A stretch of DNA of 64,000 nucleotides, from NCBI GenBank assembly GCA_024704765.1, contig JAKMXF010000244.1, positions 363,905 through 427,904 on the forward strand, written 5' to 3'. This DNA comes from Oopsacas minuta. Lineage: Eukaryota; Animalia; Porifera. The stretch's first letter is position 1; the number at the start of each line of letters is the position of its first letter. The translations under genes and the position numbers were made by a program. Positions 26,478 to 36,836 of the stretch are shown piece after piece. Under the pieces are notes generated by a model that was not told where the DNA came from, did not search any database, and saw nothing but the letters and a program-made list of their open reading frames with translations.

Positions 26478-29400
26478 ATGATATGTGGAAATACAAGTAA
26501 TTTCATGAACTCGAATTTCGTTGTGAGAGAATATTCGAGTCCAGCATACACAGAAACCTGAGAAAAAATTGGGATTCTTTTACCCGTTGTAATTGTAAAT
26601 ATTTCATTTTTCGAATTCAAACTCGTGCTGTCAATATATCATTCTATTAATATTTTTGAAAATTTCAAAAATCGAAAGTTACAATTCTTGAACATTCCGA
26701 ATGTACTGTTATAATTATACACATGTATAAATATAAACTTCTATAATAGACACTTTCCTCTTAAATGTGAAATAGTTTTAGATGCCAAACTTGCCAGCTA
26801 ATCAATTGGATAACAAAATAATGCAATATTTGGTCTACAAGATACGTTTAAAATTGCTGTGACAGGTGGTGACCGAAAATTTATCATACTATCCTGTAAT
26901 ATCAAAACTCTCAGATTTTAGGAATTGAGAATTGAGAAAATTTTAGTAAAATCTCAGCCTCAACTAAATTTAGTGAATATTTCAATGATATATGTTCGAA
27001 TTAGTATATTTCTCAGGCGCACATGATTACCTAGATATTATCTCACATATTCCATGACTCAGAGCTCTACTTCCAGATATGTCCAAATCGTGCCACTATG
27101 ATAACGAAGGAAAATAATAAATAATAAATTAAATATTGTAAACAATGATGTCCTACAAATTCACATAAGTTTGCACAACATAGTCTGGCTAACAGCCGAA
27201 TTTGGTGTTAGGCGAATTCACTTTGTGCGAAGCTAAGCTCAAAATCATATTTAACCAAATACTGTCATTATATAATTTAGATCCGTTGGATTTGATATGA
27301 ATATAGTAGGTTTTATGAATAATAGCAGACAAAGGAGCAATCAGTAAAACTAGAAATATTATTGATGTGTAGGTAATATGTACATTCAAGTGTGAATAAT
27401 CTAGATGAACGTAACTCAGAATTCAACGTAATCAGGATTGTTTCTCATGTCCATTTTTGATGTGATTTGTTTGGCATATTAGAATAGTGGACAACTTAGC
27501 AACTTTATGTGAACATAACAGAGAAAAGCACAAAACGGTTTTTACAAGTTAACCATGACCATAGATTCTAATATTATACAGGAAGCATTTCCAGAACAGC
27601 AACTGGGTAATGTACTTGAGGTCGCATCGTGCATCTCTGGTCTTAATCTATAATCAATTTCGAGGATTAGTAGGTTATGGGGATCAAAAACAAATAATAT
27701 TTAGAGACCTAATTTTACGATCTAAACAGATTTAATCTTTCAATATTACTATTAACATTTTAGGTCAAGTGGGGGTCACCCGAATTTCTGGGATTTAGTG
27801 ATCTATTAGCTATAACTTCATAAAAGTTACACAATGCCGTTTCATCAAACCATCTAAATAATTATCGGCAATTCCAATAGGATGTACATTTTCGTTATAT
27901 TGACAGATCCCATTGCAAAAGTCAAAACAAATGGCAAAAAAGTCTTGGAAATCTATATGTGTAAAGGGGAAATGAATATACACAGGTCTTTTTGTATCCT
28001 AATCATATAGTGCATATAGGCGAGTGTTTAATCTTGACTTCATTTACTAACAAAAATATTCAGAAAGTTAATTTAAGGGAACAAGAAAATATATACAATC
28101 TTGGATTGATTTTCAATTTCCTACGTGTCTCCCTAGAATTGCTTAAAGGCCCCAGGGCCATAGTTCTCTATTTTATAGGGGACTGTTGTCCTAGGACCCC
28201 TAAGCTACTATTCAGCACTACTGCCCGAATCTGAGTTGGGTACCGCACTTATATTCTAACTATTTCACCATTTTAATCAATGTATTTCAACTATAAGTTG
28301 GATAAACTGGCAAAAGAAGTATCTTGCACATAGTCTACCCTATTTTCATAACAAATTTGATATTAGTAATTAGAATATTGTAGTGTGCTTAATATTACAA
28401 GTAGTATAGTAGCGGTGCTACAATAGTAACTGCATAGGTGGCCACTACCAAAATTGGTCTTGATGTCCGGCCATTAGGCCGTGTCACTTCTCCTGGCCAT
28501 ACCGTTAGGGATAGGAGTTTGAAATTTACTATAGGTTGCGGCATACTGGAGATGTGCACTAGTTATACGATTTTTCATTACTTCATATTTGCCTTGATTA
28601 TGCATCATTTCATAATAATTAAAAAAATTATATCATGTCATCATTACATAACCTTTAGAACTGAATATTTGAGAAAAGACAGAAATAAACAATTGATGGA
28701 TTAAATATTTACTTATGAATGTTCTACAAAATTCTGACGGGATCATTATGATTACATTAGGACAACGCAGGAAAAATTTGAAAATTGTCAATTTTCACCA
28801 TAAAAGCTTGAATTATATATGAAAGATAGGCTTTGGTACTAACAATGACTATTTCAACCTAAATTCAATCGAACCATGGATTGTGGACTTATTTATGATT
28901 AATTTGATGCTCACGTCACCATGCCTAATTAAATAGTCAGAGATAATTTACTATTGAATAAGAATAATTTTACTAGATATCTAACCTTTCATTATTTTAT
29001 TCATTTAAAATTTTAGAAGCACACCTTCCCGTCTGTGAGGGGTTTATATAAATGAAGTTAATGAACAAATTTTCCAGCTCTTACCTAACAAAATAACGAG
29101 ATAATGATAATGAACCGCCCATCAACATGCATGTTAAGGCGGATCTTATATAGAGTTGAAACAAACTCGTAAACAATGGCCTATTTGTTTCGATAATATG
29201 TAAATAGTGCATTTTTCCCTGAATAAATGAATAGTTGGTACTTAACTATACATAGGTCTATAGAGACAAAATTTGTCGGATCAAAATGACGAGATCAGAA
29301 TGATTACAAAGTAATTTAGCTAACAAAATGGACCAATTTGAAAATAGTGTCAAGGGATAACTCCAGTGTCAAAATCTACACATATTGTCCTAAGGAAGTG

Positions 29401-29820
29401 TTATACAAATATAAAAATTTGTGTCTTGATAAAGTTGTCGCGTTCCAGAGGTATGTAGTGAACATGGATGGCATATTTTGGTCTGTCTTTTCTAATAACT
29501 TGATACACTGCCTGGCCCAAAATATTGGAACATAATGCCACAATAGACACAAGGCACTAATATACAAGCAATGCATAGACTAATACGATTTCAACATTTA
29601 GGAACATATATTACAAAAACAATGAGAACAAGATATTGATCAAGTTGTGCAAAATCACAAATCATTTCAACACATTCTCGTTCTGTGCCACTTAAGCCAC
29701 AAGTGGCACAATGTTGCAATTCTTTAGGTCAGGTAGTAAATATTTTGAAGTTATACTTCAGACCATCATGACCAAATCATGAATTATGGCAGATAATGCA
29801 ATTTTCAAGATTACGTGAAA

Positions 29821-31111
29821 AGACGAAAAGAAGTTGTAGCCAACTCAAAATTCAAACGTGTTCACCTCAATCGTGTATTTGACCGACTTGCCGTATAGCT
29901 AAAGAAAATTTCTGTAAATATTTGAAAGTATAGCATTGGTAGATTACGAAATGTCATCAGAATTGTAGCAATATCTGTGATGACTTAGCATTGAGGTTTG
30001 GAAAAATTTCCATTTATGTCAACTATAATGTGTTATTTGACCGGCTTCTCACCATTATTTTGAAACAAGTCTTCTTTCACATACTATTGAGGGCTGGTGG
30101 ATTATGTGTTTAAAATTTCTTTTAAAATATTCATTACTCTTTAAATACTTTATTTTGAAATATTAACGAAGAAATAAGACTAGGGTCACTTCAGTCCCTA
30201 ATTTGACTCATTCATACTCATCAGATTTAAACCAAATCAGTATCAGTGGAAAGAAAAGAGTTGAACGCTTTAAGCAATATGTTTTGATTTTAAACACCTT
30301 TACTTTTAGTTACTTTTTTGATAAAAATTTTAATGTCACGACTTCCTTGAATTTACCCACGTGAAAGTCAGAATTCGATTCTGAAATTATGTATGCATAC
30401 TTTAGTGATATGGGCATTTATGAAAATTGGATTTCATTAAAGAATATTTACAACTTGCGGAGCTAGAGGAATTCAAATTTTAAGGCGAGAGTGAGAGTGG
30501 TAGGGGATGAATTATATTCTATATAAAGTAGGGTCAGGTTAAACTCATCTCTCTTACCCTAAATCCGACTGAATTCTAATTATTTTTATGCTAATCGATG
30601 GTTGAGACATAGACGTTTATAACAATGTCGATATTTTCTTGAACCACTGCAAATTATCACCAGCAACAGCCTGCAAAAATCGATAAATTGTCAGGTTTTT
30701 GTGTATTAAGAATTCTAACTTTGAGATCAATTCTTGAAGTTATGTCTTCTCAGAACCCCTTCAAAATTTATAGATACCTTCTTTCGTATCTNNNNNNNNN
30801 NNNNNNNNNNNNNNNNNNNNNNNNNNNNNNNNNNNNNNNNNNNNNNNNNNNNNNNNNNNNNNNNNTTTCAAAATAATGGTGAGAAGCCGGTCAAATAACA
30901 CATTATAGTTGACATAAATGGAAATTTTTCCAAACCTCAATGCTAAGTCATCACAGATATTGCTACAATTCTGATGACATTTCGTAATCTACCAATGCTA
31001 TACTTTCGAATATTAACAGAAATTTTCTTTAGCTATACGGCAAGTCGGTCAAATACACGATTGAAGTGAACACGTTTTTGTAATTTGAATTGGCTGCTAA
31101 CTTCTTTTCAT
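29821..31111. repeat. About 245-bp inverted repeat (29821-30064 and 30866-31111) around an assembly gap
   Basis: Direct reverse-complement match with scattered mismatches; the second arm begins immediately after the N run. Confidence 0.85.
30792..30865. other. Assembly gap (74 N)
   Basis: Run of n. Confidence 1.
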
Positions 31112-31556
31112 CTCCATAGGGCATGAAATATAACAGCAAAATGTATAATCAGGGTAGGGGAAGCTGGATTTATGGAATCTGTTGGGAGCACGATTTGGGG
31201 ATATCAAAGATGGTCATGTTATTAATAAATATTAACCAAAAAGTAGACTTCTATATGTAAATATTTAATCTCTAGTCCAAAATTATTAAGCGGGCAATTG
31301 CATTAAGTATAGTACGCTATGGATATAAATTTTATGTATTTAAGCAACCAGGTAGGTTACCTAAGTTGGTTCTTGTGTTCTACCCTGGTACTTAAGTTAA
31401 AGTTCGAAATAAACTTCAGTTAATATGCCCGTAGGTTATGATCAGTCACAAGCTTAGTTTTAATTACTGAAGTTAACACAAACGGAGAGATCTTGTTCTA
31501 AATGGCCAAATTGGTTACTCAATCACGGCTGGAGGCACATATTAGAGCGTATGGAC

Positions 31557-31600
31557 CACAGTGGCCCAAATGGATATTATCTTCGAATAGGCATTTTTGA
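31557..31600 (+). mobile_element. Solo long-spacer terminus of the RAG1-like family
   Basis: CACAGTG-GCCCAAATGGATATTATCTTCG-AATAGGCATTTTTGAT, compared with the element 1 right end CACAGTG-GCACGAAATGGTCAGAATGTGGA-AATAGGCATTTTGAT. Confidence 0.7.
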
Positions 31601-32631
31601 TCCCTTAGCTATATGATTGTATTATGTGTGGAATGTCTTATTACCCCTAAAAAGTAAATTGGATAGGTGAGAATTATTGTATGGATTCTTTATTTGTATA
31701 TAAAGTCATCAACAATGCATGGAGTTAACGAGCTATCATAAAGTTTACTGATAAGGCCTGGAACATAGTGTAAACTTATGATAAGTATATATTTTACAAT
31801 ATTTGAGGATTCGTGGAACAAATATCGTATTGTTATGACATTTTCACAAGTAGTGAACCACATGATACTCAACCATTAAATTTCCGAAACTATTTGTCAC
31901 AAAATTGCTTGCCAAACTGGGTACCGCACACCCTTTAAGGGCTAGATGAACATTTGCGTTCCTCAGTGCTAAGCTAAACCTATATTACTTATTTTCAGAA
32001 ATATAGGAAATGTAAGATATAATTAAAGTTATCTAACAAGTGAAATGAATCAAAACGTGGGACCAGATAATCTTATTTTATATAAAATACATATCGAATA
32101 TAAAGTGAAGTGTCCATGTTTACCAATATCTACTTACTCTGATAAATGAGAGTTATGATAACAAGTTTATCTTAAGTGCTCTTAGATTTGATTTAGAAAT
32201 ATTACTTTTAACTTTGAAATGCATTTGATAAGAAAGATGCACAAGTTAGAGATAATACAATAGAATAATAAAACATATTCTAGTTTGTGCAATTTGTTTG
32301 TACAATTTGTTTGTAGCATTTGGTTATCTGCAAAATAGTCCAGATTGACGTATGCTTAACCTATACTTTTGATCGATTCTACGATTTTCGACACCGCTGG
32401 AAACGATAATGATGGTTTCGGAAAGATTTTGAGGAGGTCAATATATTGCATGATCCAAGATGTTGGGGCACTATGTGGTGTCTAAACAACACTTGCCATA
32501 GAGGGTAATTCAAAGTCTTTCGTGGTAGTGGGTGGTCTGGATACCCAGGACACCCACTGTGACCCTGGCCCTGTAATATAAGGCTTCAGGTAAAACACAA
32601 ACTTGTGTAAAATATATAAATATAGACTTAC

Positions 32632-32941
32632 CATTATAGAATCAACGTAATTAAAGAAATTAGAATCCTTGCTTGGTCCAAAATAGATAACAAAGTTCCG
32701 AACTGAGAGTATACTTTCTTCACGTGAGAATGGAATGTCAAACCACCTTGCTGTCCCATTAGGAAAGTCAATAGGAATTTTACGTTGGAATACCTCCAAA
32801 AATGATGGAGCTTGGAGTATTGAATTAGATCCAAGGTGTATACGAATGCCGACGAACACATTTGTAGTATTGGTATTGTTCACCTCAATCTTGAATCCAG
32901 AAGGCTTACAATTGAACAAATAGTGAAATTCCGAACTTAGC
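32632..32941 (-). CDS. UBR4: UBR4 exon (LSSEFHYLFNCKPSGFKIEVNN...APSFLEVFQR...RWFDIPFSREES...VDSIM)
   Basis: Resembles human KPGGFTIEISNNN...APSYIEIFGR...RWFDFPFTREEAL...IDAVK. Acceptor ttttctttag, donor GTAAGT; completes the split AG|G Arg codon from 51315. Confidence 0.93.
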
Positions 32942-33286
32942 CTAAAGAAAAGACAGTGTTAATTAAATTAATCAAAAACAATTTGTTGAGGTACAAACAA
33001 AGATTGTATCCGTAGATTAAACTTGAAGTCGTGATTCCAACATAACAAATTTATTACTGAAAATAACGAAGGAGAAACCATAGCCTACTATAGTAAAGGT
33101 TTCAAGGTTATTCATGACCATTGGACTAAAGATATAGAAACAGTACAGAAACAGATGACAGAAATGCTGTCAACAGCTCTGTAAACAGCTAATTAGTAGC
33201 TGTTAAGAGTTGGAAACTCCCTTTGATTTACATTAAAATAATTGGAGGATCTTTCAAACAAAGATCGAGAATATTTTGGAGGATGG

Positions 33287-36101
33287 CACGGGTCTCTCAG
33301 AAAATCATATTGATCGAAAAAACGAGGTCCTTAAGATTTTTCATGATTCTTGTGTAGAATTTTGCGTAGAATCCGATTCTGTTGTCAAAAGAATATTTCC
33401 CACACAAATTTTTTCGATAAATTTATTTTTTTGTAAAAAAATAATTTTTTACAATTCGAATATTTTAGATTCTCATCATGACAGCGATGGCAGATGCATC
33501 ACCATTGGCAATCAGATATTATTATGATATGCTTAGACATTGTTGTTTACATCTGCATGCACTTAGAATTTTCAATAGTATTGCGGTTTTATTCTATTCT
33601 ATTATGTCATTCATTTTTCTGTATGGTATCAGGTTCGAATAGTTTAACAATAGTAACAATAGTTTGATTGCACGTCATTAATCACCTAATCGAGTCCTTT
33701 GAATACTTTTAAGTAGTTTCCATTCAGTGATAATTAGTAATTAAAGGTGTTTAACGAATATCTGTTTGCATAGAAAAACTATTTAAAGAATGCTTGTACT
33801 CATTTTCTATATAATTTTTCTGATACATAATTGTTCTGATATCTATTTCTACTGTTGGTATTTATGAGTAAGCACGAGTCTGCAAAAGACAAAATTTGTC
33901 GTTGGTGTTGTATTAAAGTTGGGAAGATAACTATTAAAAACAATAGCCTTATTTCTACTCATTTGGGTGAGCAATATTCGAAGTTTTTCGAGCCAATCGA
34001 TCCGATGGACGATAATCGGCCAAATGTTTTGTGCAATACTTGCAAGCTCTATTTGGTTAATCGATCAATGCATGATGATACTTCAAGGGAAATTCCTGTT
34101 CGATTCAATTGGCCAATTATACGAAATACTCGCTTGAATACGTGTAGTTCAGTCAATACCTGTGTAATGTGCATGGAAAGTTCGAGATTTGGACCTAGAA
34201 ATCGTGCTTCTTTGCAAATTCTCCACGAAAAACCTGGACGTCCTGCGATCAACTCTCCCAAAAAGGTTCTTAACCTTTGTAGTAAGTGTTTAAACACAAT
34301 AAGTCCCGGATTTCCGCATACTTGCTCAAAAACTTCTTTGGTAAATAATAGCCAATTTTTGTTAGCACGAAAACGTTCTATTGAACCTGTCGTATGTTCC
34401 GAAATCTTACGAAAATTCCGCAGTGCAAGTGAGGACTCGCGTATAACGTTACCTAGACCATCGGGAGGCCATCCAATTCATATGCTTCCTGGTAATTTGG
34501 ACCAGTTACCTCAACACAAAATGCCCAAAATGGATTTCTCTGACATCGCACAGATAAAATGCACTGGCGGAGCAATGAGTAACAAGCAACTAAAAGCTGT
34601 AACCAAATTAATAAGGGATGCTGGCGTGGCCTGTCCATCAATGAAGGACTATTACGACGAACGGAAACAATATTGTGATGATATATTCGAATGCGTCCAA
34701 TTAGATCTGGAATGGAGCAAAGAGAAGTATTCCTCTGATATCAGAAAGACTTGGGTCGTACGCTGTTGCAACATCGACAAACTGATAGAAAAAGTCTACA
34801 ACATTAGCGGAGAATCTTCAGTTTACAGTTTCAATTTTAAGCTTGGCCTTGATTATGGTTGTGGGTTCACTAAGCTTGTCATGTGTCTACAACTGGAAAA
34901 TTCTGTGCGAAATCTAATCTTCTTATGGGTATCAAGTGCTCCTGAAAATAATTACAATTTTTCTATAATACTGAATGCCCCGGAAATTCAAAAGTTTATT
35001 CGTGAGTACAACGTATCTTTTACCTTTGATCTCAAAGCCGCTGCTCTCTGTCTGGGTATTATGCTTGGACGTTACCCATGTATTTGGTGTGTATGGGATG
35101 CTAAAAGTGGATTGGATCATGTCGAATTCAAATCAAGATCATCAGCACATCATGCAGAGATGTACCAAAAATTGTGTGAAGAATATAACTCCGACTCAAA
35201 GAATCATGCGATTGACTGTGATGGTGTAGAAGATATGGAGGCTCTTGGTGTATGGATGGTTGACTACATGCAGATGTTCAATATTCCCGAGTTACATCTT
35301 TTGGTAGGGGTTGGTCAGAAGTTGTACAATGCGATCGTGGCTACAATGTCTGAAGAAGAGTTAGTTACACATGAATTATTACTGAAGCACAATAACATAT
35401 CTCGAAGTTCTTACCATGGAGGCGCATTTGAAGGTAATGCAATGCGGAAAATTACATTGATGGTTGAGCAGATTGGTTTTCCAATTAGCAACTCATCCAG
35501 CATTGCTTTAAAGCGATTTTCAGAGGTAGTGAGGACATGTTTTGGGCAAAAGATAGAAGGTGATTACAAACTGGCGATATTTCAATTTGAAGAAGCATTC
35601 AAATTAACTGGGCTGAATTGTTCAACAAAAGTCCATATAGTGTGCAGACATGTTATCCCATTTATCACCAAATTCCTTCCAGTTGGTATGGGATTGGGCG
35701 CCGTTTCAGAGCAGGCAGCTGAATCAGCTCATTCTCGATTCATCAAAGTCTGGAGAAATTATCAATGTAGCGAGTCTCTAGAAAATAACGGCGAAAACCT
35801 ACTAAATGCTGTCAAGGAAATTAATTTCGTTAATTTATAAGTACTTAATTTATTCTATATGTGACTGATGGATGTATTATATTCAATGTATGAGTGATAA
35901 CGATGATTCTAATATGATAAATTAGCAACCCGACAACATATAAAAGTGGGAACTAAAAAAATATAAAATAACTCAAAAATTTGTGTGAGAAATATTTTTT
36001 TGGCAACAGAATCGGATTCTACGCAAAATTCTACACAAGAATCATGAAAAATCTCAAGGACCTCGTTTTTTCGATCAATATGATTTTCTGAGAGACCCGT
36101 G
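33287..36101 (+). mobile_element. Chapaev (CMC superfamily) autonomous-type transposon, 2815 bp
   Basis: 127-bp TIRs (33287-33413 and 35975-36101, about 4 mismatches) with CACGG...CCGTG termini, and a 4-bp TSD ATGG. Confidence 0.9.
33864..35840 (+). CDS. Chapaev transposase, intact 658 aa
   Basis: N-terminal H-X7-CRWC...D...CNTC...W...CxxC zinc finger. Catalytic region GLDYG, TFDLK...PCIWC, PELHLLVG, FEGNAMRK, KVHIVCRH, GAVSEQAAESAH. Confidence 0.88.
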   Translation: MSKHESAKDKICRWCCIKVGKITIKNNSLISTHLGEQYSKFFEPIDPMDDNRPNVLCNTCKLYLVNRSMHDDTSREIPVRFNWPIIRNTRLNTCSSVNTCVMCMESSRFGPRNRASLQILHEKPGRPAINSPKKVLNLCSKCLNTISPGFPHTCSKTSLVNNSQFLLARKRSIEPVVCSEILRKFRSASEDSRITLPRPSGGHPIHMLPGNLDQLPQHKMPKMDFSDIAQIKCTGGAMSNKQLKAVTKLIRDAGVACPSMKDYYDERKQYCDDIFECVQLDLEWSKEKYSSDIRKTWVVRCCNIDKLIEKVYNISGESSVYSFNFKLGLDYGCGFTKLVMCLQLENSVRNLIFLWVSSAPENNYNFSIILNAPEIQKFIREYNVSFTFDLKAAALCLGIMLGRYPCIWCVWDAKSGLDHVEFKSRSSAHHAEMYQKLCEEYNSDSKNHAIDCDGVEDMEALGVWMVDYMQMFNIPELHLLVGVGQKLYNAIVATMSEEELVTHELLLKHNNISRSSYHGGAFEGNAMRKITLMVEQIGFPISNSSSIALKRFSEVVRTCFGQKIEGDYKLAIFQFEEAFKLTGLNCSTKVHIVCRHVIPFITKFLPVGMGLGAVSEQAAESAHSRFIKVWRNYQCSESLENNGENLLNAVKEINFVNL

Positions 36102-36836
36102 ATGGGAGGGGAGATCGTAGATACATCTTAAAGGTAGTAATGTGATTGGGACGGATTAAAAATGTCCTAAAAAGATCCTTTATTTCAGGGGAGCACAACC
36201 GCTGCTACGTAAGATTTGCACCGTATCACTTTAGCAAATCCATCAGTTTTCTCTGTTTCTGAAACTAAGTTAAATAGATCTTTACCAAGTTATTGAGTAT
36301 TGTGATACTAAGAATATATGGATGGCCAAACACCTACAAAGCGTACAGCACTAGGCACTATACATACGGTGCAACGTTTGATATTTTGCTCTTGTAGTAT
36401 AATATGAAAACTCTGAGTAAGTGGGCATGTGTGAACTATGAATGCATGACCAGAGTTGATTGAGGAGGCTCATTAATAGGATCATTTGATGGCCTAGTAG
36501 TAGATATTCAAATTAGAGTCTAAATTCTAACCATTCAGTATTTATAGAAAGAATATACGTATATAGGAGGAGATTACAATCTCTCATAACATCTTGATTC
36601 CTGAAATTAAAGGGTTGAAAATAGGAATTACCTCACAATTCTTGAAATTTAATGGCTGGGAATGGGGATTGAAAGAATTAATCCCGAAATCATAACAAAA
36701 TTGGAAGATACAAAGGATGGCACATTATTCGGAATAACTAAATTTTCGAATGATACTTAAAACGGCACCTGCGTCGAGGACCTGGATAGGCATGTGAATG
36801 TGAGGCGAGAAATAATAGCAAATGACCGCGACCACA

